A DNA stretch of 64,000 nucleotides from positions 248,001 through 312,000 of the forward strand of contig JBEUKZ010000062.1 of NCBI GenBank assembly GCA_048128005.1. Direction: 5' to 3'. This DNA is from Veleropilina oligotropha (lineage: Eukaryota). This document shows, in pieces, positions 53,252-62,073 of the stretch; the stretch's first letter is position 1; each line of letters opens with the position of its first letter. The notes below the pieces were generated by a model that worked only from the letters and a program-made list of their open reading frames with translations, was not told where the DNA came from and searched no databases. A program made the translations under genes and the position numbers.

Positions 53252-54660
53252 TGCTTGTGTCGACGATTACAGGACAGGCATGTCAACCGGACGTTCCACT
53301 TGTAGTGACCCTGACTGTCATCCAGGCGGTCGATGCTGAACGTCTGCCCATGGCATTTCGTGTAGCCCTGAAGAAGGAGAGCACTATGACATACCACGCA
53401 CCTCGTTTCTGCAGCATCGATCATGTCGAGCACGTGGTTGACGTTGAGTGTGTGGTGTGCTCCCGTGTAGTGGGGCCGTTGCTTTTGGCGATCCTCAACC
53501 ACGTAGCGCTTGAGCCTTGCGGCGATGAGCTCTCGCGAAGGTGTGGCCTGCTGATCGGTGGGAGTTATATCACCCGGAGCGTCGTCAGGCGGCAGAACCC
53601 GTACAATCTGATCCATCAACCGGGCCCGGCTCACTGCTGTGTATACGGCATTGCTCACCCAGCCACTCAGACCGTGGTCGACGATGTATAGGCGCCTGGG
53701 TGGTTGGATGGTCTTCCCTTGCACCCTATGCACCGCCCCCCAACCCGCATATTTCCACTCAAGTGGTAGCCCATTCTCGACTAGTTCAAGGGGGACTTTG
53801 ACGATGGTCCCTCGATAGGCCGGCACGGTTTCTCGACTACCAGGTATCGCTATCGGCCGACCCTGCTTGCGGTACCGGTGCGAGATGCTATCGTCTGGGT
53901 CGAATCGAATATTAGCAGGAAGCCGGGGGTGTGTCCTTCTGTGCTGCCGGAGCAGCTGGGTCTGGACCTGCGCTCCTAGAGCGTTCGTGGAGCAGATCCA
54001 GATGTCGTCGGGCTTGGTGCGATCTACAGCTTCTACGAACGGCGTTGCGGCCAACTGATCTCTGAAGACGTTGAGCTGTTGCTGGTCATTAGCGCACCAC
54101 ATCCGCGCCTTTACGTCGTGCAAAGCCGACGTTGGCCCATGTTGACAGCGACAGCAGGACCACGGCTCGCCACACGCCTCACACAGGCACCTATAGTCGG
54201 TGTCAAACCACCGCAGGTTCTGGGGGGACGAGGCCCAGTCTGCTAACATGTGGTGAGCGCCTTCTTTATCGCCCCATGGCGGGATCTGCCCCATATCCCC
54301 GACGCAGATGATTTGACACGGCCTACGGGCAAGATAATCAAGGACCGTCATCAGGGTCTTCGTGGGGACCTTGCAACATTCGTCAATTACGATAACTTCG
54401 GCTAGGTTGTCGAGTAGGTGTCCCAGGGCAGCCGGGTCCCAATCCTCGATCGGCTTGCCGACGGGTAGACATAGGTAGTGGTGGATCGTCTGGACCTGTG
54501 CATTCTCTAGACCAAGTCTCGGGTTGTTGCGGTGTTCTTGGGCGATGTCGTTCTCAGGGGTGAGCACGACCAGCTTCCGTCTGAACGGCCCACTCGGTTT
54601 TTCCACTGCCGCCTTGACCTGCGAGGTATAACCGTCGCGAGGTGGCCGCGCCGACATCGG
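53248..54660 (-). CDS. SF1B (RecD/Pif1-like) helicase with C-terminal HNH-type Zn domain
   Basis: Motif I LAGQGGSGKT (in the frame of ORF 54554-54760), Ia VVLTPE, Ib TIHHYL, II IVIDEC, III VGDMGQIPP, IV DYR, V VHRVQGKT, VI YTAVSRAR. C-terminal CVVC...SIDRLDDSQGH...NV..TCLSCN. Confidence 0.9.
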   Translation of the reverse strand, partial: PMSARPPRDGYTSQVKAAVEKPSGPFRRKLVVLTPENDIAQEHRNNPRLGLENAQVQTIHHYLCLPVGKPIEDWDPAALGHLLDNLAEVIVIDECCKVPTKTLMTVLDYLARRPCQIICVGDMGQIPPWGDKEGAHHMLADWASSPQNLRWFDTDYRCLCEACGEPWSCCRCQHGPTSALHDVKARMWCANDQQQLNVFRDQLAATPFVEAVDRTKPDDIWICSTNALGAQVQTQLLRQHRRTHPRLPANIRFDPDDSISHRYRKQGRPIAIPGSRETVPAYRGTIVKVPLELVENGLPLEWKYAGWGAVHRVQGKTIQPPRRLYIVDHGLSGWVSNAVYTAVSRARLMDQIVRVLPPDDAPGDITPTDQQATPSRELIAARLKRYVVEDRQKQRPHYTGAHHTLNVNHVLDMIDAAETRCVVCHSALLLQGYTKCHGQTFSIDRLDDSQGHYKWNVRLTCLSCNRRHKH

Positions 54661-54678
54661 AAGGGAAAGGAGGGGCGT

Positions 54679-56340
54679 TCACCCCACCCGGGGGGGGGGG
54701 GGGGGCAAGTCGAGACGACCAGCATGCTCTATCGTCCAAGCAGCAGCCTCTGGGCGCCACTCGTATCCCGGGGCTTTATGTCGCCATTGCCCATACCTAG
54801 GCTGGTCTGGGACCAGCATATGTTCGACCGATTCGGGCAGGCTCTTGACGTAAATAGCGTCGGTGCAGACACGAAGGACATCCTCATGTGGGAATCTGCG
54901 TAGCATGCGGCGGAGGGCGATGTTCGTGTAGGCGTGTACGAAGGCTCGGATGTGGAACCACTGCGTCCTGATCTTGCCGTCCCTGTACTGAATGAGGTGG
55001 ACATTGCCGGCCTTCTCGAAGTTCAAGAGACGGTCGGTGCCGCCGAGAACATTGGCCAGGTAGGCGGCCTCGTTTGGATCGCGGACGAGGATGCTCGACT
55101 CATCACCATGGCGAGCACAATTGCCAACGAAGTGCACGGCCAGGTCTCTTAACGGGAACTTGATAGCGGCCTTTATGCCTACGCTGTATACCACCTTGCG
55201 CGCTGTAACCTCCACCAGATCACCAGAGTCGATTAAGTCTGCAAGCTCGGGGGTAGTGATCCAGCCCTGCTTCTCCCGTAGGTGCTCGCCTACGCGACCT
55301 ACGGTATAGGGGTGCGTCTCTGGGCTGAATTGCCACGCAGCGAGCTGCACCGCTCCTGTCAGGGTGAGGATATCTCTTATGGACACGCCCTCGACGTTCG
55401 CTCGACGCATCATACTCGTCGGGAACCCATACTGGCGCACCAGATCTATGGATTCTCCAACCCCGCCACAAAGGGAGTCTTCGCAGCCAAGGTATGCTGC
55501 GCGCATGTCGAGATGGTGATGGGCGCTTGTGCCCGCGGCCTCATCATTAGAATTCCAAACCTTGGCCTCAACCTGAGCCGCTCGCCAGGTGTCCAGGTGG
55601 TTTGCTGGCATTGGCTTGATCTCCTCGCGGGCCAACCACTTCTGGAACCGGTACGACGTGGCCCCACCCATGGAGTGGGAAGCTCGGTGGTATTCCTCTT
55701 CAAGCTTCTTAAGTTCTTCGGGGATTTCGGAAGGATGCCAATGCGTCTCGTCCTCGAAAGCGAGGTCAATAGCCATACCCTCGGCCCTCGACCTCCACAG
55801 GGAACCATCGCTACCCACGAGAGCCTGTCCACATACCCAGACCCGGACCGTCGATGGGATGGCCCTGGAGGCAAATGCGATCAGAACCTCTCTTGTAGTT
55901 TGGTCCATGGTCTTCTGGGCCGCAGTGGTCTTTGGGGCCGCAGTGGTCTTCTGGGCCGCAGACGTAAGGGCCTGTTCTGCGATGTCATCGAGACTGTAAA
56001 CCTGTACGATCTTGGGCGGAACGGTCGGGATGTTTGCCCATGCGTGGTTGTTATGACACGGCACCCGAATCGTGGACCGGCTCTTGTATTTACCGCTGTC
56101 CCATAGAGTGTTGCCTAACGCATCGACGGCAACAAGCTTGACTTTGAGAGCCGCTTCAATGGAGAACATATCCTCGCGTGTGCAGCCCCGTTCTGCAAGC
56201 TTTCGGTCGAACTGCTCAAGAATCTGTCTGCGGCTCTGCGTTAACCCATCTCCGGCTTTCGTCATTGGGTTCTGGAAGTAGTCCACCACACAGCGAACGA
56301 AGCATTTTACAAACTCTCCGTCTTCTTGAGGGGCTAGCAT
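54679..56340 (-). CDS. Divergent family-B DNA polymerase-like domain
   Basis: HLDMRAAYLG resembles motif A (DxxSLYP). HIRAFVHAYT..LRRML precedes VLRVCTDAIY, which resembles motif C (YxDTDS); GQWRHK follows. Motif B is weak (RDLAVHFVG) and no clear exonuclease motifs are seen. Confidence 0.62.
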   Translation of the reverse strand: MLAPQEDGEFVKCFVRCVVDYFQNPMTKAGDGLTQSRRQILEQFDRKLAERGCTREDMFSIEAALKVKLVAVDALGNTLWDSGKYKSRSTIRVPCHNNHAWANIPTVPPKIVQVYSLDDIAEQALTSAAQKTTAAPKTTAAQKTMDQTTREVLIAFASRAIPSTVRVWVCGQALVGSDGSLWRSRAEGMAIDLAFEDETHWHPSEIPEELKKLEEEYHRASHSMGGATSYRFQKWLAREEIKPMPANHLDTWRAAQVEAKVWNSNDEAAGTSAHHHLDMRAAYLGCEDSLCGGVGESIDLVRQYGFPTSMMRRANVEGVSIRDILTLTGAVQLAAWQFSPETHPYTVGRVGEHLREKQGWITTPELADLIDSGDLVEVTARKVVYSVGIKAAIKFPLRDLAVHFVGNCARHGDESSILVRDPNEAAYLANVLGGTDRLLNFEKAGNVHLIQYRDGKIRTQWFHIRAFVHAYTNIALRRMLRRFPHEDVLRVCTDAIYVKSLPESVEHMLVPDQPRYGQWRHKAPGYEWRPEAAAWTIEHAGRLDLPPPPPRVG

Positions 56341-57336
56341 TGGCCCCGGTTCTCCTTTTTGCTCGGGAAGCGGACGCAGCTCATACCTAACATAGACGAG
56401 ATATTATCGCCCCTTCTCCCAAGCATGCTGGTCAATGCCGTGAAGAGCCGTGGCGCTGACCTGGTCTCCGCGAACTACCCCCTGCCCCTTAATGTGCTGC
56501 TCAGAGACACCCACTTCCTCTGTCACTTGGGCAAGAGGCTCCTTGGCCGATTTCCCAACTACCCTGAACAATTTGTATTGTGTGTCGGGGTCTAGAAGCT
56601 CCAACACCTCCGAGGCCATGCCCAGCGTCACCCGAAGATCCCGCTTTTCGCACGATACCCAATACACTGCGCCGTCGTCTGTGATGTCTGGCCCCCTTAC
56701 AACAGCCTGGAAGTCGAATCTACGACCATCAACAGCCTCGGTGATCTCTTTACGGACGACGTCGGCGCCCATCTTAATATAAGCCCCATCGGGGAACAGG
56801 ACTGCGACACCGTCAACGAGAAGGGAATAATACTCATCCGAGGCTAGGTGATCTCTCGGAACATCCCCGGGGGGGGGCCCCCCTTCCGAGCAATAGCCCC
56901 CGCAAGGGTCTCTTTCCGAGACCTAGTCAGACCGTACAGGTGTGGCTTGACGATTCGATCCGTGATGTGACGAAGTGGCTTCTGTCGTATCCCGGGCTTT
57001 TTCTCAGCCTGGGTTTCGTATTTACGGACCTTGAGGGCCACACCGACCTCGTCCTTAAGCTGCTGCAATTCACGAGCACGACGGCCTCGTTTGTGGGGGT
57101 TCTCCACATCTCCACGGATGGAGGGGAATCTTCCCGTCTTCATCGCCCGCTCGAGTCTCCTCCGAAACTCGGCAGCACGGACCCCGGCGATTGCCCTGAT
57201 GAGGTCGTTTTTCTTGAGCTTCGATCGATCGGGAAGCCCGTAGTCTTCCGCTAGATTGCGTAGTTCTCTGAGGGAGACATGTACCATTTCTATATATGTC
57301 GGGTATACACTAGGATTTCATTTCTCTAATATGAAA

Positions 57337-57631
57337 TTTACGTGTGGTAAATTGCAGCCATACGGAGAAACTCTCTCTCGAAGGCTTGGTTCGTTCGTCT
57401 TCAATCCCTAACGTTCGCAGTCTGATACCCACAGCCCTTACACAACGTAAACCGGTTGAAAACGGCCTTCCCGCATTTGCTGCAGGGTTTTGTGCCCCGA
57501 ACATTTCGCCGTTGCCGAGCCAGGTGGACTTTGCAAAACTCTCTCAGACAACTCTTACCGCATAGCTCCGTGGAGCTGATGGTGAGCCATTGACAGGTGT
57601 CCGTTCCCCACATATTTATTGCGGATATCAT
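57337..57631 (-). pseudogene. Small Cys-rich zinc-finger protein, probable premature TGA at 57401
   Basis: CQW..CGKSC...CKVH...CSKC...CKGC; the frame continues past the stop as RRTNQAFEREFLRMAAI. Confidence 0.6.
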
Positions 57632-57822
57632 CGCATATACCAGTCTCTAAATAGATTATGACACTAAGCTATTGAGCCCGGTGCACGGCGAGGGTAATGG
57701 GCCGTCCCTAAGGGCTCTTACTACCAGCTCAGTGCAACGGGCGCATTCTAAAAAAGTCCAATCACCCCCCCCCCTGCGCTGCCGCAACCACCAACGGATA
57801 TCACAGAGGGTCCGCCGACAGT

Positions 57823-58041
57823 CTAGACGCGAAAGTCATTTTCGATCGCGGTCACCTCGGCCGGGGGGCGACAGTGATTGTGTAAAACTCCCTTGTTACC
57901 GTCTTTGGTCTTCTTCTTAAAGACCGCCTGTTCACCGTCGTCGAGTTCGACAATCAAAACGTCGTAGCCTGTGTTTAAGAGGTCTCTAATGCGCCTGGAG
58001 CTCCCTTCGCCGTGCAGCGTAGGAACGTCTTCCTCCGACAT
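57823..58041 (-). CDS. Hypothetical viral protein (~72 aa, MSEEDV...)
   Basis: ATG-started part of ORF 57823-58113, co-oriented with the replication cluster. Confidence 0.4.
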   Translation of the reverse strand: MSEEDVPTLHGEGSSRRIRDLLNTGYDVLIVELDDGEQAVFKKKTKDGNKGVLHNHCRPPAEVTAIENDFRV

Positions 58042-58189
58042 GTTGCTTTCAAGTATAACTACATGCCGTCTAACATGCCGGTTATTTCGCGCCGATTGCC
58101 CGGGGGCCCACATAGACTATTCCAAGCTACCCTAGTTTCGGATGGCGCTGACAGCAGCGCCTGAATTTCGGACCTCCCGGGATTATTAC

Positions 58190-58399
58190 AAAAAACCTCC
58201 GCCCTAGCGAAAAAACGACCCCTGCCCTGAGCAGACGGGGGTGGGAACCTCCCCCCGGGGCCCCGGGCCCCCCCCACCCCGAATTCTACTAAAATGCCCT
58301 GGGGGGGTATATATTACGAGCCCCTCAGTTCGGAAATAGGGCTGGGAGCCTCCCCGGGGGCCCCGGGCCCCTAGTCTAAACCGCCTTAGTCCCCCCTCT
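58190..58399. repeat. GC-rich putative viral terminal region with two palindromic direct repeats
   Basis: CCTCCCC(CC)GGGG(G)CCCCGGGCCCC at about 58248 and 58349. CCCGGGGCCCCGGG (58254-58267) is a perfect palindrome. GC content falls after 58399. Confidence 0.55.
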
Positions 58400-58466
58400 T
58401 TAAATCCTGGAATGGATTTATTAGAGGATATCATGCCGCTGTACTTGTATGTTCCCTGGTCTCTTT

Positions 58467-58816
58467 GCAGCCGTGGTACAGTGGTAGATGCACTGGCCTC
58501 TCACTCGAGAGGTTTTGGGTTCAACCCCGATCCCGGCGACTTCCCTTGGGCAAGGAATTAAAGCATATATTGCTTCGGTTCACCCAGCCGATCTGAGACC
58601 TGAGTGGGTACCTGGTTGGCAGTGAGGGAAATTGTCAGTACGACTAGTCTGATGCGCCTATAAATGGCAGCTCGGCTGTAATACTCTCAGAGAGAGTTGA
58701 GATAGAATCTCGAACAGAACAGGCCGTTAACTAGGGAATAATAATGTAGCGCTTTGAGCAAGCATTCGTGCATGAAAAGGCGCAATATAAGTATCCATTA
58801 TTATTATTATTATTAT
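58467..58816 (+). mobile_element. tRNA-derived SINE with probable Nin/Deu-type central domain and L2-like tail
   Basis: Box A TGGTACAGTGG (58474) and box B GGTTCAACCC (58518). Core CCCTTGGGCAAGG...CACCCAG...GGGTACCTG. 3' end GCGCTTTGAGC...AGGCGCAATATAA followed by (ATT)n. Confidence 0.85.
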
Positions 58817-58914
58817 ATCCTCTTTGGTGGTCTTCTGCGCGATGCCATTTTGTCAATCCCATGTGTGGATATGTTGGGAATTGCTGGTCATGTTCCCTGG
58901 TCTCTTTCCTGCCG

Positions 58915-59105
58915 CAGTGTTGTGATCCGTCTGTCTCGACAGACCCTAGGAATGACCTGGGTGAGCTTTGTGTACCACAGTGTTGTGATCCGTCTGTCTG
59001 GGCAGAACCTAGGAATGGCCTGGGTGAGATTTGTGTACCACAGTATGGTGATCCGTCTGTCTCGGCAGACCCTAGGACTGACCTGGGTGAGCTTTGTGTA
59101 CTACA
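58915..59105 (+). repeat. 63-bp minisatellite, 3 copies
   Basis: CAGT..GT.ATCCGTCTGTCTCG.CAGACCCTAGGAATGACCTGGGTGAGCTTTGTGTACCA at 58915, 58978 and 59041. Confidence 0.9.
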
Positions 59106-59293
59106 CCGTTTGTAAGGGTATCCCAGATATGTGGATCGAGGTGTAATTTCCCTGAATTGATCATATACCTCTATGACTTATTCATGATATTTCTTAAATC
59201 CGAAATGGCAACTTCACTTGGTTGTGAATATATGTAAATTGCAGCAATAAATATTTTGTAGCTTTATTTACTTTTCCTCTTTTCGTTTTTCAG

Positions 59294-59593
59294 CTCCAAG
59301 TGCCCCGTCAGCGATCGCTGCTTTGACCAATAATGGCTTAATCACACTCTCAATCACAAAGGGAACAGGCAACGTCGATGCGTATGATGTTCAGCTGCAG
59401 GAGGATAACGATGGCGGTGGTTGGAATACGATAACTTCCGATACAGTAACAGCAAATAATCCATCTGCCACAACGGATCATGAATTCACTACTGCGTTAA
59501 CTGCGGGCAGCATTTATCAAGTGATTGTAAAGGCTGTCTCGTTTTCTGGCGCCGTAAGCGTGCCAATAGAGAGCAGTCCGCAAGTCGGTATCA
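59294..59593 (+). CDS. Host exon encoding one fibronectin type III-like domain
   Basis: Polypyrimidine tract plus CAG acceptor, 300 nt open, GTACGT donor, phase 1-1. Translation PSAP...YDVQLQ...LTAGSIYQVIVKAVS matches FN3 C/E/F strand motifs. Confidence 0.8.
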
Positions 59594-60497
59594 GTACGTA
59601 ATAATTAACAAATTATTAGACTATTAATGATTTGATTCGTTACTATCACGCCCACTGTTTGTCAATGCTTCTTATTGTATTCAGACCGCTCTCTCCATCT
59701 AACAAGAGGGCATTGTTTACAGTGCCAGTGCAGTTTCCCGCTGGATCGCCCATCAAAACATTGAACAGACTCCCCGTTCATCACCACCGACAATAAAAAT
59801 GGCGTGAGAACGAAAAGGAAGGATGGATGTTTAATGTTCTTAAATATATTTTTAATTACTTTTCATAATTATTGATATCATAAGACATTTCGGAGTTTGC
59901 ATTGTGGTCAGACCTTTTTTCTTACCGTACTTCGCTCATTTGAATTGGTTAGGTCTCCGACAGGATTTAGTTTTCTAACAAATGGTCAAATTTGAAGTTA
60001 CTATAGCACGATTCAGAAAGTGGTCAGTCTATTATTCCCATCTACTGCCATGCCATGTATATAAAAGCACCAGTGGCACTTTCTTGCTATAATACACAAG
60101 AGTTGAAGTCTCCCAAGTGTTTAGGCTGTCTGCTTTTGGCGTCTAAGAGATAAGGTACTGCTCGGATAATATGATATAAATGCATATTTTGAAAAAAATT
60201 ATCAAAATTGGCGTTCAACGATCACAGATAGCAATTAGTTAGTTCTGAGATCAAACATCTGGGAATAGGAAATCCAAAACCTCGTACTTTTGGCTACCAT
60301 TTCTTTTCAAGGAAAGTACATAACTTATATCTTTCCCCTTCTCCGTATTGTCGAGTTATTGAGTGGTGTAGCATTAATGGTGATGTATCCCAACTCCTTT
60401 GCGACTGTGCTTCTGCTAGGTCCTCGTTTTGTTTTTACATCAAATACTATTCCCATGTTCCGTATGGTAATAATTATGCCTGGTCTTTTTTCTGCTG

Positions 60498-60688
60498 CTG
60501 TATGGTGGTCCTTCTGTCTCGACAGACCCTAGGAATGACCTGGATGATCTTTGTGTACCACAGTGTGATGGTCCGTCTGTCTCGGCAGACCCTAGGAATG
60601 ACCTGGGTGAGCTTTGTGCACCACAGTATGGTGGTCCGTCTGTCTCGGCAGACCCTAGGAATGACCTGGGTGAGCTTTGTGTACCACA
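60498..60688 (+). repeat. 63-bp minisatellite, 3 copies (paralog of 58915-59105)
   Basis: Same unit, with starts at 60498, 60561 and 60624. Confidence 0.9.
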
Positions 60689-60876
60689 CCTTTTGTAGGG
60701 TATCCCCATTTCCCTTCGATCGATAATTAATTTCCCTGAACCAATCATATACCCCTACGACTTATTCACGCTATTTCCTAAATCCGAAATGGCAACTCCA
60801 CTTGATTATGAATATATGTAAATTGCAACAATAAATATTTTGTAGCTGTATTCAATTTCCTGTTTTCGTTTTTCAG

Positions 60877-61176
60877 ATCCGAGCATCCCGACAGCGATTA
60901 TTACCTTAACAAACAATGGCTTTATCACACTTGCAATCACGAAGGGAACAGGTAACGTCAATGCGTATGATGTTCAGCTGCAGGAGGATAACGATGGCGG
61001 TGGTTGGAATACGATAACTACCGATACAGTAACAGCAAATAATCCATCTGCCACAACGGATCATGAATTCACTACTGCGTTAACTGAGGGCAGCAGTTAT
61101 CAAGTGATTGTGAATGCTGTCTCGTTTGCTGGTGCCGAAAGTGCGCCAATAGAGAACAGTCCGCAAGTCGATATCA
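60877..61176 (+). CDS. Second host FN3-like exon (tandem duplicate)
   Basis: TTTTCAG acceptor, 300 nt open, GTACGT donor, phase 1-1; PSIP...YDVQLQ...LTEGSSYQVIVNAVS. Confidence 0.8.
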
Positions 61177-61702
61177 GTACGTAATATACTCGACATGGTA
61201 ATATATGTTTAATTTACTACAGGAAATTGTATTAAGTGTCTAATATCACACTGTTAAACTGGTCAGGTTTTAAATCTTATTTTTGAAATAAAATTAAACA
61301 AAGCAAACAAATAATTTAAAGATAATGTATGTGTATTATTGATATTTAAAAGTATTATATAAATATGAACACAATCAGTCAAAGGTCAACTTATATTTTG
61401 GGCATCGGGCGAGCTACATAGTGCCATTGCGACCATTTATTTTTATTCGATAAAGTCAAATTGATTTCAAGATTATAGTCATATTCAACCAACAAATGGT
61501 GGATTCCAGGATAGATAAAGTTTCCACCTTAATACGAGTATCATGTACTCTGTGAACAAAGATCTTGTCATAATAATTCTTCCTGCACATGTCGAAGCTT
61601 GAAGCGGATTGTTTCCTTGCCTCACTAGGGTATCCTGTTTGACTTCAATACAAACATTGTTAAGTATGTTTACTCTGGCGTAACTTCGTGGTGTTATGTA
61701 TA

Positions 61703-61798
61703 GGTTAGATGGCGGATTGGAGAGTCTTAGCAAAATAGGAGTCGAGCCCGTAGGGCGAGACTACTTTGTGATAAGAGTCTACAAGCTGCCGTCTAACC
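61703..61798. repeat. Imperfect ~96-bp hairpin, probable MITE remnant
   Basis: GGTTAGATGGCGG pairs with CTGCCGTCTAACC; centre GCCCGTAGGGC. Confidence 0.55.
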
Positions 61799-62073
61799 GA
61801 CTTAGAAGCTAATTTCATTTCTCCACACAAATTATTTATAATTATCTAATTTGTTAAACTATTTATGTTATCGAAACACATATTTATTACAAAATAATTA
61901 GCTTTTTTACCAATATATCAAGAAGATCCATATTAACATTACAACCTGTCACCCCTATTCTTAATAATGGGTAAGGCATCGCAAACAATAGACCTGCAAA
62001 GTGCCGTCTTCAGCAATAATTGACGAGAAATACTGCTCTCTCATTGGCCGAGAAATGAAATTGGCTTCTAAGA

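Larger units (their letters stand above)
53248..57287 (-). pseudogene. Reconstructed replication polyprotein (~1340 aa): HeH/Rho-N-like + PolB-like + SF1B helicase + HNH-type Zn domain
   Basis: Five ORF pieces joined by a G-run frameshift (~56873), one in-frame TAA (56404-56406), a G16 frameshift (54690-54705) and a small indel (~54585). Motifs are listed in the sub-features and findings. Confidence 0.72.
43313..58399. mobile_element. Endogenous Polinton-like (adintovirus/MELD-related) dsDNA virus, decayed, left end missing from this window
   Basis: Abrupt shift to GC-rich, intronless, tightly packed or overlapping ORFs. Contains an A32 ATPase, an rve integrase, capsid-like genes and a polymerase/helicase gene. 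Boundaries are approximate. Confidence 0.88.

Noticed and set aside
53248..54660. Helicase as the autonomous Helentron RepHel that mobilises the HINE array
   Set aside because: No HUH/Y2 Rep motifs are seen. The helicase is embedded in a viral gene block and follows a PolB-like domain.
55908..55961. 18-bp tandem repeat in the polymerase gene (AAQKTT x3) and 21-bp repeat at about 50779-50817
   Set aside because: Small in-frame linker expansions with no independent significance evident.
43864..57920. Many antisense or alternate-frame ORFs in the viral block (e.g. 45703-46632, 49389-49958, 50490-51170, 55282-56106)
   Set aside because: Shadow ORFs expected in GC-rich DNA opposite motif-bearing genes; no recognisable motifs.
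43313..58399. Bacterial prophage or contamination
   Set aside because: The gene set (rve integrase, A32 ATPase, penton-like) is Polinton-type, with no terminase, portal or tail genes, and it is joined to eukaryotic LINE, SINE and exon sequence.
43307..58413. TGGAAT at both sides as a 6-bp TSD of the virus inserted into the LINE
   Set aside because: The right flank does not continue the LINE endonuclease frame and no terminal inverted repeats adjoin the hexamers; likely chance.
58467..58540. tRNA gene
   Set aside because: A and B boxes are present but the acceptor stem is not convincing, and it continues into a SINE body and tail.
58754..60748. ORFs with 21-aa repeats (58754-59146, 58768-59115, 60440-60748, 60502-60726)
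   Set aside because: Translations of a 63-bp minisatellite that is open in several frames on both strands and lies upstream of splice acceptors.
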